A stretch of 24,603 nt of DNA, from the NCBI GenBank assembly GCA_964599455.1, contig CAZREA010000011.1, positions 1 to 24,603 of the forward strand. The letters are read 5' to 3'. The position numbers were made by a program, and so were the translations under genes. Numbering within the stretch: the stretch's first letter is position 1; each line of letters begins with the position of its first letter. This stretch comes from an uncultured Gammaproteobacteria bacterium (GTDB taxonomy: Bacteria > Patescibacteriota > Patescibacteriia > UBA9934). Below the pieces are notes generated by a model. It was not told the DNA's origin. It ran no database searches and was given only the letters and a program-made list of their open reading frames with translations. Positions 7,486 through 16,092 of this stretch are shown here, piece by piece.

Positions 7486-10400
7486 AGGCGCAAACATGCG
7501 GGGTCTTTTTTCGTTGACGATGACAATCGTCAGTTCTTTTGTTATTTTTTTCGCTTCTTTTCTTACGTTCTCCCCTCTTCTTGCTCGTGCGGCATCGGCA
7601 CCAAATATTTTGATGTATCAAGGAAGACTTTTAAATGCAAGTCGCGTTCCGGTGTCATCTGCGTCGGTAAGCATGATTTTTGAACTATATACGGCGTCGT
7701 CCGGTGGAACATGCGTGTGGTCAAATTCTTCAGCTACGTGTGCGTCGGCAACGGCGCGCACAGTTACGTTAACTGACGGGCTTTTTAGCGAGGCATTGGG
7801 GGATACCGGTTCGTCATATGCTGCAATCTCTGACAGTATTTTTGCCGACAATGCCACGGTCTATCTCCAAATAACGATTGCTGGTGAAACCCTTTCTCCC
7901 CGTAAACAGATTCTCTCAGCTCCATACGCCTTAAATTCCGATACACTTGATGGCCTCGATGTCGATAATGATGGTGCTACGGCAGCAGCTGTGGTTGCGT
8001 ATAATTCTTCGGGAAATCTCGTCGTTACAGGTAATCCGTCCGGATCCGGCGTATCAAATGGATCGCTTTATATCAATCCCGGAAGTTCGGATACGGCGGC
8101 AAATGATACGATTTTTGGTGTTGCCGATGGTGGCACAGAGCTTTTCCGTATTGATAAAGAAGGTGATGTATCGCTTGCGACAACAAGTGGGTTTACATGT
8201 ACGGATTGTATTGATTGGTCGGATTTTTCTGACAGCGCCACACTTGATGCGGCAACAACGGTAACGCTTGGTTCGAGTAACTTTACTTTTTCCGTGGCGA
8301 GTTCCGGTTCGTATCTCATGACCAATTCTGCCGGAACATTTCTCACTATCGCTTCCACAGGGGCGTACACGTACACGCTCGATGCCACGAATAACCCCGC
8401 GTTTACCATTACCAACGCGGGCTCATCGAACATCATGAACAATCTTAGTGGTACTGGTGATTTTGTTCTGCAGGATAATGGTACGGAATTTCTTACGATT
8501 ACCGATGCTGGCGCATATCTTTTTGTGCAAGATTCCATTGATAACCCTCTTTATACTGTTCGTAATGACGGAACAAGCGATACCTATTTTGAATCGACCT
8601 CTTCCGGGGATATTGAAATGCGACTAACGGGTACCGGAGATTTTATTGTCAAAGATAACGGCTCTGCCTTTTTCACGCTGAGCGATGGAGGCGGATTTGA
8701 TCTTGCACTCGATGCCACCGATAATCCTGCCTATACCGTTACGAATGCTGGTTCTGCTGATGTTACTTACAATTTGAGCGGTACGGGTGATTTTTTGGTG
8801 CAAGACAACGGCTCGGCATTCTTTACGCTATCTGACGCAGGCGCGATCAGCTTTACGCTTGATGCAACGGACAATCCGGCCTTCACACTCACCAACGCGG
8901 GTTCATCGAACATTATTAACAATCTTAGTGGTACCGGTGATTTTGTTTTGCAAGATGCGGGTTCGACGTTTTTTACTTTTTCAGATACCGGAGGATTTGA
9001 TCTCACCCTTGATGGAACGGATAACCCTGCTTTTACGGTAACAAATGCCGGATCTTCTGACATCACCTATAATTTAAGTGGCACAGGCGATTTTTATCTC
9101 AAAGATAATGGTACAGAATTTTTGACTATTACTGATACAGGCGCATACCTCTTCGTTCAAGATTCGACGGATAACCCTCTTTATACTGTTCGTAATGACG
9201 GAACAAGCGATACCTATTTTGAATCGGCATCTTCGGGAGATATCGAAATGCGACTAACGGGTACCGGAGATTTTATTGTAAAAGATGGAACTACGGCGTT
9301 TTTTACGTTTGCTGATGACAGCGCGGTTACTTTTGATGCAGTTGCAACAACAGGAACAGCTTTTGCTTTAAGTACAGGTACTCTTACGACAGGAAAGGGA
9401 ATGAAGATCTCTCGTAATAGCGGTGGAGCCGATTTTGACGGTGTACTTTTTGAAGTAGAGCAAAATAATACAAGCGTTACCTCGGATGGATCAGCAATTC
9501 GTATTTCACAAAGTGGAGCAGGAAATGCAAGTGCTTTACAGATTGTACAAAATACCGTTGCCAACGCCACTACATCAATAACGTCACAAGCGGTTGCAAT
9601 TGATGTGAATGAAATACAAAATAATGATGAAGTGATTCTTATTCGTTCAGATGCCGATGGCACACCTGATGCGGAATTTCGTTTTGAAAATGATGGTGAT
9701 GCGTTTGCTGATGGGGCTTGGAATGGTACAGGTGCTGACTACGCGGAATATTTTCCTACAACCGATACCGGATTGTCGGACTATATGCTTGTTTGTCAGG
9801 ATCTGTCGCAATCGGAAAATGTGAAAACGTGTACAGCGGGAGAACAGCGTGTGATGGGTGTGATTTCTACGAATCCCGCGTTTATCGGAAATAATCAGGG
9901 AGCCGAGAAGAGTTTAGAAGACGATCGGCATTATCGATTAGTGGGTATGATGGGACAAATTGAAACGCTTGTCTCGACGGCAGATGGTGCCATTGCTATT
10001 GGTGATCCGTTGGCGGTTTCGTCTGTATACGATGGATATGCAGGAAAGGCATCAGGAAATACCTATATCATTGGTCGTGCACTTGAATCGTTAGCGTCAG
10101 GATCTGGAACGATTAAGGTACTTGTGCAGCCGATGTGGTATGGCGGAGATATACTGACGCTCGATGGTGATGTTTCGGTGCACGGAGCATCTATGACTTT
10201 GGCTTCGCTCGGAATGGCAACGATTGATGAGCAATCCTTTAACTCGGCTGGACTTACTTTTGCAGGATCAGCGTGGAATGGAATTACTGCAGAAGATCGA
10301 GCGATGACGCTCGTGAATGTAGTGTCTGATGTAGATGAATATGGATTGCGTTTGCGTGATACGAATGGAGAAGACCAATTCTCGTTCAGTAATACGGGTG

Positions 10401-11680
10401 ATTTTGCCTTATCGGGAAAATTGTATCCATCTGATAATGGCGTGATGCAGTATGGCGCATATCTCTATTACGACAGTATCGGTGCGGGGTATATGCGCAC
10501 AAATGCGGCCGGATGGGCATCGACGGCAGCAAACTACGCAACGCCATTTATTTCCTCTGATGCGCTGGTTACTGGTGAAATTGTAACCTTTAGTCAAACA
10601 AACGCAGGCGTTACCCGTTCGTCGGATGCGTATGATGATCGCATCGCCGGTGTGGTTTCGTCGGGAGCGGGATTTTTGGCAGGAACGCAAGTTGCGGGAT
10701 CCTACCCTATTATTTTGCTCGGCCGCGTATCGACACTGGTCAGTGCAGAAAATGGAGCGATTGTCGCAGGTGATCCACTTACCACATCTTCTCGTCCTGG
10801 CTATGCCATGAAGGCAACGCAAGCAGGACAAATTCTCGGCTATGCGCTGGAGGCATTTTCTGGTTCGGAAGGTTCGATCATGACGTTTGTTCGTCCAACA
10901 TTCTTTAATGGGGCATCATCGCAAGCGGGAGATACGCAAAATGGACTTTCGCAACTTGTTGATGTGGAGACATTGGATATTTCTGGTGCACTCAACATGA
11001 ATGGAGGCAGAATCTTGAGCGTGGGATCGATTTCCGGCATGAGCAATTGGGAGATCACGGAAAATGGCAATATCGTGACGCGTGGTCAGGTCACACAACT
11101 TGTTCGCTCGTTGCAAAACGAAGATGTTGCGACTTATGCCGTCACTGCTCCAGAAACGTACGTACAACTTTCCGGCACGTCCACATTGGAAAACGGTTTC
11201 GCGAGGATTCGTTTCGAGGATCTTGATCCTCAATTCAACGACATTATCGATCCCGCCTTGTCGTATCGTGTTTTTGTGACTCCTGCGGGCGTAACCGGAC
11301 AGCTCTATGTTACCGATCGTACGACTAATGGATTTATCGTGCATGACGCCGATGGTGGTTCAGGCGTGGCGGTTGATTGGCTCGTGATTGCGTATCGTCA
11401 CGACATTGCACCACTCACCGCACAAAATGGTGACATTAGCCCTGTTCCTGATGAAGACGATGAGATTTTAGAATCTGATCCAATTGAGGATGAAGAGGTG
11501 ATAATACCAGCGGAAGATGAAGAAGAGATTGGAGGTGAAGATGTATCTGACGTGATAGAATCTGTTGACGAAACGGTGACGTCAGAGACTGTATCAGATG
11601 ATGAAACGGATCAAGGCGATGACACGATTGTTGTTGATGACGTTTCATTGGGATCGGGTGATGCCGAAATTTCTTCGTAA
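7478..11680 (+). CDS. Giant (1400 aa) secreted repeat-containing fibre/adhesin-like protein (operon gene 4)
   Basis: ATG 7478 overlaps the gene 3 stop (ATGGATAA). An alternative start is ATG 7496 (MRGLFSLTMTIVSSFVIFFASF, signal-like). The N-terminal head is ILMYQGRLLNASRVPV...IFELYTASSGGTCVWS...LSPRKQILSAPYALNSDTLDG, a motif seen in many tail-fibre-like surface proteins. Six 50/60-aa tandem repeats follow. The C-terminal module is duplicated (...GVISTNPAFIGN...GMMGQIETLVSTADGAIAIGDPL... and ...GVVSSGAGFLAG...LLGRVSTLVSAENGAIVAGDPL...). The protein ends in a strongly acidic tail. Confidence 0.85.
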   Translation: MDKGANMRGLFSLTMTIVSSFVIFFASFLTFSPLLARAASAPNILMYQGRLLNASRVPVSSASVSMIFELYTASSGGTCVWSNSSATCASATARTVTLTDGLFSEALGDTGSSYAAISDSIFADNATVYLQITIAGETLSPRKQILSAPYALNSDTLDGLDVDNDGATAAAVVAYNSSGNLVVTGNPSGSGVSNGSLYINPGSSDTAANDTIFGVADGGTELFRIDKEGDVSLATTSGFTCTDCIDWSDFSDSATLDAATTVTLGSSNFTFSVASSGSYLMTNSAGTFLTIASTGAYTYTLDATNNPAFTITNAGSSNIMNNLSGTGDFVLQDNGTEFLTITDAGAYLFVQDSIDNPLYTVRNDGTSDTYFESTSSGDIEMRLTGTGDFIVKDNGSAFFTLSDGGGFDLALDATDNPAYTVTNAGSADVTYNLSGTGDFLVQDNGSAFFTLSDAGAISFTLDATDNPAFTLTNAGSSNIINNLSGTGDFVLQDAGSTFFTFSDTGGFDLTLDGTDNPAFTVTNAGSSDITYNLSGTGDFYLKDNGTEFLTITDTGAYLFVQDSTDNPLYTVRNDGTSDTYFESASSGDIEMRLTGTGDFIVKDGTTAFFTFADDSAVTFDAVATTGTAFALSTGTLTTGKGMKISRNSGGADFDGVLFEVEQNNTSVTSDGSAIRISQSGAGNASALQIVQNTVANATTSITSQAVAIDVNEIQNNDEVILIRSDADGTPDAEFRFENDGDAFADGAWNGTGADYAEYFPTTDTGLSDYMLVCQDLSQSENVKTCTAGEQRVMGVISTNPAFIGNNQGAEKSLEDDRHYRLVGMMGQIETLVSTADGAIAIGDPLAVSSVYDGYAGKASGNTYIIGRALESLASGSGTIKVLVQPMWYGGDILTLDGDVSVHGASMTLASLGMATIDEQSFNSAGLTFAGSAWNGITAEDRAMTLVNVVSDVDEYGLRLRDTNGEDQFSFSNTGDFALSGKLYPSDNGVMQYGAYLYYDSIGAGYMRTNAAGWASTAANYATPFISSDALVTGEIVTFSQTNAGVTRSSDAYDDRIAGVVSSGAGFLAGTQVAGSYPIILLGRVSTLVSAENGAIVAGDPLTTSSRPGYAMKATQAGQILGYALEAFSGSEGSIMTFVRPTFFNGASSQAGDTQNGLSQLVDVETLDISGALNMNGGRILSVGSISGMSNWEITENGNIVTRGQVTQLVRSLQNEDVATYAVTAPETYVQLSGTSTLENGFARIRFEDLDPQFNDIIDPALSYRVFVTPAGVTGQLYVTDRTTNGFIVHDADGGSGVAVDWLVIAYRHDIAPLTAQNGDISPVPDEDDEILESDPIEDEEVIIPAEDEEEIGGEDVSDVIESVDETVTSETVSDDETDQGDDTIVVDDVSLGSGDAEISS
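8327..9286 (+). repeat. Intragenic tandem repeat array: six units of 50, 60, 50, 50, 50 and 60 aa
   Basis: The unit consensus is NGSxFFTLSDxGxxxFTLDATDNPAFTVTNAGSSxIxxNLSGTGDFxLQD. The two 60-aa units (8477-8656 and 9107-9286) share exact 57-nt blocks (8540-8596 = 9170-9226) and exact 35-nt blocks. Confidence 0.9.
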
Positions 11681-11686
11681 TTTTTT

Positions 11687-14020
11687 ATGCGCCTTTCTTC
11701 CAACCGCCTATTTCTCAGACTCATGACCTGGCCCTTCTATCTCGTGGCGGTTTTGGTGCCAACCTTGATCGTTCCCTTTTTTGCTGATCCGCTCGAAATT
11801 CACAAGATGACCGTTTTTGTCGTACTGATCATGATCTCGGCTTTTGCCTGGTTATTTCAAGCCATGCGTCATCGACAAGTAACTGTTGTACGGACATGGA
11901 CATTTTTACCAGTCTGTCTTTTTTTTATTGCTACCTGCGTTTCAGCGTTGCTTTCTGTGGCGCCAGGAATGAGTTGGTTGGGGCTAGAAAAAACTGACGG
12001 AGCCAGTGTCGTCATGACGTTTGCGGGAATGTTATGTGTGCTCTTGATCCCGCATATTTATGCATTGTTTGGGAAGGTTTTTGTTCAGCGATTTTCATTC
12101 GCCACTCTGCTTGGCGGGGTATTGGTCGTGGTATTGATGCTGTTGTCGTGGTTTGGAATTCTTCCTTTGACATTAAGTGTTTCGTTGGGAGCGCCAAATG
12201 CGCTGGCATTTTATTTAGGAACTCTGGTGGTCATGTGGCTTGGTTCTCGTTTTTATGAGCAGGAAGGTGACAGAAAGATGATCTCTGTAGTCGGTTGGAT
12301 TCTTTATGTGGCTTTTCTCGGTGTTGCGTTTACGCTTGACGCTCCGGTTGTCTGGTTGGTGTTGGTGTTGTCTTTGGTTTGCATGCTGGCTGCGGTTTTT
12401 GTGCGACCGCCTGAAGGAGTTGGTGTTGAGAAAATTTTGCCACCTGTTCTTCTCATCGTTCTTGCGATATTTGCTTGGCTATTGCCGCCGTTGGTGCGCG
12501 GTGTTTTTCCGGCAGAAATCGTCCCTTCATTTTCGGCGAGTTGGTCAATGGTACAGTCGGTTTGGCACGGCATACCATTGTGGTTAGGAACCGGGCCGGG
12601 CACATATGCTATTTCCTATGCGCAGTCGTATCCGTTAGCCATGAACGCGACGCCATTTTGGAATGTGACTTTTCAATCGAGCTATGCCCATCTGCTCACC
12701 TTGGCTGTCACCCACGGTCTTTTTGGTCTCATCACCTTTTTGTTCTCGAGCTTTGTTGGGCTCGGCCTTTTTTTCCAGGCCTGGCTTCGTGCCTCGGCAA
12801 AAAATAAAAGCATACTCTTAGTCATTGGCTCTGGTTTCATTTTTCTTTTCTTTGCTTCATTCGTCTATTCATTTACGCTTTCTTTTGTTGCACTCTTTTT
12901 CCTCTTATTAGGCTTTGTCCATGCGCTGCGAGCACATCAAACAAAGGATTATGTGTTCGCTTCGTCTGCGCGCGCATCATTGCTTGCAACTGGAGGATTT
13001 GTGGTGGCGATGGTTGCGATGGTGACGGTGATGTTTGTGACCGTGGTGCGCTACACGGCGGAAATTTCCTATGCCCACGCGGTGTCATTACGGCGTGCGG
13101 AAGCATCAATTGATGAAGTAATTGTAGCGCTTGATAAAGCCGCCTCGCGTAATCAGTGGAATGATCGTTACTATCGTGAATTGAGCCTGGTGTTGTTAGA
13201 AAAAGTTGAACAATTGGTCCAACAGCAGGCTTCAAGTGAATCTGTACAATCCGTTTTGGCAGCGGCGGTAAATGCATCGGTCCGCGCAACGGACATTGGT
13301 CCGCAAAATGTGCAAAATTGGAAAGTACGCGGCAATGTGTATCGTGAGGTTGCTCCGGCTGTTGCCAATGCCGCTGATTTTTCCATTGGTTCTTTCCAGA
13401 CTGCACAACGATTGGCGCCAAATAATCCGGCGTATGCAGTTGGCTTGGCGCGTGCCTATCTCATGAAGGCGGACTTACTTCGTCAGCAAACAACAAGTGA
13501 CGACGCTGCGGTTGCCAAACAGGCACAAACGTTGCGTGACGAAGCACTTGCCAGTGCCGAAAAAGCGTTGCAACAGGCACTGACATTAAAAAAAGACTAT
13601 ACGGTTGCCCAGTATTTTTTAAGCATGGTGTATGAACGTCAGGGCAAACTGGGTGATGCGGTCAAAAGCATGGAAGCCGTGAAAGTTGCCAATATGCAAG
13701 ATGTGGGCGTCGGCATGCAATTATCCCTCCTTTATCTGCGTCAAGGAAAAAATGATCTCGCCAAAGCGGAGTTACAACGCATCGTTGCCTTGTCGCCTAC
13801 CTTTTCTAACGCCCATTGGTATCTTTCGGTAATTTATGAAGAAGAAGGGAAGACCGATGAGGCAATAAAAGAAGTAGAGGCGGTTTTGCAACAAAACCCT
13901 GAAAATCAAACCGTGAAACAGCGTCTTGAGCGTTTGCAAAGCGGTGTCACCTCCGATGATGCCGCCACAACCGTGCCACCGATTGAGGACGATTTCAAGG
14001 ATGTAGAGACGGGTCGCTGA
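11687..14020 (+). CDS. O-antigen-ligase-like (Wzy_C) polytopic membrane protein with C-terminal TPR repeats (operon gene 5)
   Basis: 777 aa, with roughly 12 TM helices. Wzy_C-like signatures are IPLWLGTGPGTYAISY and SSYAHLLTLAVTHGLFGLITFLF. The C-terminal ~300 aa have TPR-like periodicity (AQYFLSMVYERQGKLGDAVKSMEAV; LSLLYLRQGKNDLAKAELQRIVALSP; AHWYLSVIYEEEGKTDEAIKEVEAVLQQNPEN). The start lies 6 nt after the gene 4 stop. Confidence 0.75.
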   Translation: MRLSSNRLFLRLMTWPFYLVAVLVPTLIVPFFADPLEIHKMTVFVVLIMISAFAWLFQAMRHRQVTVVRTWTFLPVCLFFIATCVSALLSVAPGMSWLGLEKTDGASVVMTFAGMLCVLLIPHIYALFGKVFVQRFSFATLLGGVLVVVLMLLSWFGILPLTLSVSLGAPNALAFYLGTLVVMWLGSRFYEQEGDRKMISVVGWILYVAFLGVAFTLDAPVVWLVLVLSLVCMLAAVFVRPPEGVGVEKILPPVLLIVLAIFAWLLPPLVRGVFPAEIVPSFSASWSMVQSVWHGIPLWLGTGPGTYAISYAQSYPLAMNATPFWNVTFQSSYAHLLTLAVTHGLFGLITFLFSSFVGLGLFFQAWLRASAKNKSILLVIGSGFIFLFFASFVYSFTLSFVALFFLLLGFVHALRAHQTKDYVFASSARASLLATGGFVVAMVAMVTVMFVTVVRYTAEISYAHAVSLRRAEASIDEVIVALDKAASRNQWNDRYYRELSLVLLEKVEQLVQQQASSESVQSVLAAAVNASVRATDIGPQNVQNWKVRGNVYREVAPAVANAADFSIGSFQTAQRLAPNNPAYAVGLARAYLMKADLLRQQTTSDDAAVAKQAQTLRDEALASAEKALQQALTLKKDYTVAQYFLSMVYERQGKLGDAVKSMEAVKVANMQDVGVGMQLSLLYLRQGKNDLAKAELQRIVALSPTFSNAHWYLSVIYEEEGKTDEAIKEVEAVLQQNPENQTVKQRLERLQSGVTSDDAATTVPPIEDDFKDVETGR

Positions 14021-14032
14021 CCCGTCTTTTTG
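14008..14032 (+). terminator. Rho-independent terminator of the surface operon
   Basis: GACGGGTC-GCT-GACCCGTC followed by TTTTT. The hairpin overlaps the gene 5 stop codon. Confidence 0.75.
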
Positions 14033-14039
14033 TTCATCT

Positions 14040-14650
14040 CTAAACCCCCAGCGTAGCTGGGGTGTACGTTTGTAGGCAACGCATATACTAAAAGCCGCCT
14101 GGCAGGGCGGCTTTTAGTGTTGCATTGTCCTATGTATCACAAACGTACCATCCGTACCTTATCACATTGTTACTATGACCTAAAATATCATCTCGTATGG
14201 ACACCGAAGTATCGAGGAAAGGTATTAGGATCAGACAAGATCACACAGGAGCTTATTCGAATCTTTGAGAGTATCTGCAAGTGGAAACATTGGGAGATCA
14301 TCGAACTCAATATCCAAGAGGATCATATCCACATGTGTTTGCTTGCCACTCCTCGTGACTCAATCTCCTATGTCATGCAAAACCTCAAAGGCAAATCATC
14401 TGCATGGCTCAAGAAAAAGATCAAACGTACCCATGGACTCTACGAACGGCACTCCCTTTGGGCACGAGGCTACTTTGTCTCAACAATAGGAATCGATGAG
14501 TTCATCATCCGTCGCTACGTCAGACACCAACATCACCACAATGAGATCGACCAACCCTCTTTGTTTGAAAAACTCTTAACCTAACACCAGAGCGCCCTGC
14601 CAGCGCAGCTGGCAAACACAAAGCCACCGGACCTCAGTCCGGTGGTCTGG
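14040..14650 (+). mobile_element. IS200/IS605-family insertion sequence (tnpA only); boundaries approximate
   Basis: A Y1 transposase ORF is flanked by subterminal hairpins. On the left: CCCCAGC-GTA-GCTGGGG (14046-14062) and AAAAGCCGCC-TGGCAG-GGCGGCTTTT (14090-14115). On the right: TGCCAGC-GCA-GCTGGCA (14598-14614) and CCACCGGAC-CTCA-GTCCGGTGG (14624-14645). The left CTGGCAGGGCG is the reverse complement of the right CGCCCTGCCAG. No tnpB is present. Confidence 0.75.
14132..14584 (+). CDS. tnpA: IS200/IS605-family Y1 (HUH) transposase TnpA
   Basis: YDLKYHLVWTPKYRGKVL, the HUH motif EDHIHMCLLATP, KGKSSAWL, and the catalytic-Tyr region LWARGYFVSTIG. The layout is collinear with Salmonella IS200 TnpA. 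The start is ATG 14132 (MYHKRT) or 14117. Confidence 0.85.
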   Translation: MYHKRTIRTLSHCYYDLKYHLVWTPKYRGKVLGSDKITQELIRIFESICKWKHWEIIELNIQEDHIHMCLLATPRDSISYVMQNLKGKSSAWLKKKIKRTHGLYERHSLWARGYFVSTIGIDEFIIRRYVRHQHHHNEIDQPSLFEKLLT

Positions 14651-14709
14651 TTACTACTTTTTTATCGAAACTGGTTTTCTCACGGAACTTCCTTTACACT
14701 ACTTCCGCT

Positions 14710-15786
14710 ATGTTGAATGTTGGAATTGTTGGGTTGCCGAATGTGGGAAAGTCCACGCTTTTTACGGCTATTACCAAAAAACAGGTTGATTGTGCGAATT
14801 TCCCCTTTTGTACGATCGAGCCAAACGTGGGTGTTGTCGAAGTTCCGGATCCACGCTTGAAAGTCTTGACCGAGATGTCGAAGTCGGAAAAAACCATCCC
14901 GACCGCTATTGAATTTGTTGATATTGCCGGTCTTGTGAAGGGTGCACACGAAGGTGCGGGACTCGGAAATAAGTTTCTTGCGAATATTCGTGAAGTCGAC
15001 ATGATCGCTCATGTGGTTCGTTCGTTTTCAAGTAAAGATATCATTCACGTCGACGGTTCGGTTGATCCGATGCGCGATGTTGAAGTGATCGAGCTTGAGC
15101 TTGCGATGGCTGATTTGGTGACGGTCGAAAAGATGTTTGATGCGGTAAAGAGCAAGATGAAGTCAGGAAAGAATCCTGATCTTGTCGCACAAGCATCGGC
15201 TTTGGAAAAATGGTTTACTGCGCTATCTGCCGGCATATTGGCGCGAACGGTTGAGTTGACGGACGAAGAGCAAGAAGCGATGAAGGGCGTGCAGCTTTTA
15301 ACGAACAAACCGATTCTTTATGTGGTGAATGTCGACGAAGCTGATGCGAAGGATCCGAACTGGACATCGCCGCTTGGACCAGATCGTTTGGCGATTCCTA
15401 TTTCGGTAAAGATTGAAGCGGATCTTGCGGGTCTTCCCGAAGCTGAGGCAAAGGAGATGCTCGAGGCATTGGAGATGAAAGAATCTGGTCTCGATAAGGT
15501 GATTAAAAAGTGTTACGAGCTACTTCATTTGATTACGTTTTTGACGACCGGTGAGAAGGAGACGCGGGCATGGACCGTGACAAGAGGTGCCAAAGCCCCG
15601 CAAGCTGCTGGCGTGATCCATACTGATTTTGAAAAGAATTTCATCCGTGCCGAAGTGATTGCCTACGATGATTATGTTGCATGCAAAGGTGAATCAGGTG
15701 CACGTGATGCCGGAAAATTACGGATTGAAGGAAAGGAATATGTGATGCGTGATGGTGATGTGTGTCATTTTCGGGTGAATGCGTAA
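14710..15786 (+). CDS. ychF: Ribosome-binding ATPase YchF
   Basis: 358 aa. The N-terminal G1 motif is [15 protein letters not shown], followed by [14 protein letters not shown] and [27 protein letters not shown]. The C-terminal TGS-like end is [31 protein letters not shown]. Confidence 0.9.
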   Translation: MLNVGIVGLPNVGKSTLFTAITKKQVDCANFPFCTIEPNVGVVEVPDPRLKVLTEMSKSEKTIPTAIEFVDIAGLVKGAHEGAGLGNKFLANIREVDMIAHVVRSFSSKDIIHVDGSVDPMRDVEVIELELAMADLVTVEKMFDAVKSKMKSGKNPDLVAQASALEKWFTALSAGILARTVELTDEEQEAMKGVQLLTNKPILYVVNVDEADAKDPNWTSPLGPDRLAIPISVKIEADLAGLPEAEAKEMLEALEMKESGLDKVIKKCYELLHLITFLTTGEKETRAWTVTRGAKAPQAAGVIHTDFEKNFIRAEVIAYDDYVACKGESGARDAGKLRIEGKEYVMRDGDVCHFRVNA

Positions 15787-15792
15787 TTTAAG

Positions 15793-15818
15793 ACCCGACG
15801 CATACGAACGTCGGGTTT
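15793..15818. terminator. Hairpin terminator shared by ychF (+) and the micro-ORF cluster (-)
   Basis: ACCCGACG-CATACGAA-CGTCGGGT followed by a short T run. It lies 7 nt after the ychF stop and 16 nt after the last micro-ORF stop on the other strand. Confidence 0.5.
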
Positions 15819-15833
15819 GGACGGAGGACACGG

Positions 15834-15929
15834 TTACGATGAACCATGGATGACGGTTGCGATCAGTGCGACCGCGATGATAATGAGGAAGAGGCCAAGC
15901 CCGATGAGTCCAGCAGGAATTGAAACCAT
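15834..15929 (-). CDS. Micro-ORF 3: 31-aa hydrophobic TM peptide
   Basis: Hand-translated as MVSIPAGLIGLGLFLIIIAVALIATVIHGSS. GGAGGTG (15933-15939) lies 3 nt upstream of the ATG at 15929-15927. An in-frame upstream ATG at 15986 would give 50 aa but has no Shine-Dalgarno site. Confidence 0.6.
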   Translation of the reverse strand: MVSIPAGLIGLGLFLIIIAVALIATVIHGSS

Positions 15930-15993
15930 GAACACCTCCGAGCTCACTGAACGATAAGGGATTTTGTTGTGATGTTGCGCATTCATGCAGGCA

Positions 15994-16092
15994 CTACTCG
16001 TACCAGGGGTCCTCGCCGAGGATCCGGAGATAGTCGCGGTACCACTTGCCGAATGCTCCGATCAGAAGTACTGCTGAGATGAACCGCCACAT
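15994..16092 (-). CDS. Micro-ORF 2: 32-aa peptide
   Basis: Hand-translated as MWRFISAVLLIGAFGKWYRDYLRILGEDPWYE. GGAGGAG lies 7 nt upstream of the ATG, inside the end of micro-ORF 1. It shares 1 nt with the stop of micro-ORF 1, consistent with translational coupling. Confidence 0.55.
   Translation of the reverse strand: MWRFISAVLLIGAFGKWYRDYLRILGEDPWYE

Noticed and set aside
8327-9286. Template/variable repeat pair of a diversity-generating retroelement inside the giant gene
   Set aside because: No reverse transcriptase is present in the window. The differences between the near-identical units are mixed transitions and transversions, mostly synonymous, not adenine-specific.
8068-11344. Minus-strand ORFs of 99-156 aa (8068..8538, 8767..9066, 9214..9663, 10409..10831, 10916..11344), plus similar ones inside gene 5 (12304..12603, 12873..13421)
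   Set aside because: All are embedded antisense in long plus-strand genes that have clear domain and repeat structure. They have no start context or recognisable motifs.
14040-14650. IS605-type TnpB / omega-RNA guided nuclease next to tnpA
   Set aside because: The element is only ~610 bp and has a single 150-aa Y1 transposase ORF. There is no room for tnpB, and ychF starts 60 nt after the right-end hairpin. This is an ordinary IS200-type element.
15834-15986. 50-aa extended version of micro-ORF 3 starting at the ATG at 15986
   Set aside because: The extension (MNAQHHNKIPYRSVSSEVF) has no Shine-Dalgarno site, whereas the internal ATG at 15929 has a perfect GGAGGTG. The short form is kept and the long form noted as an alternative.
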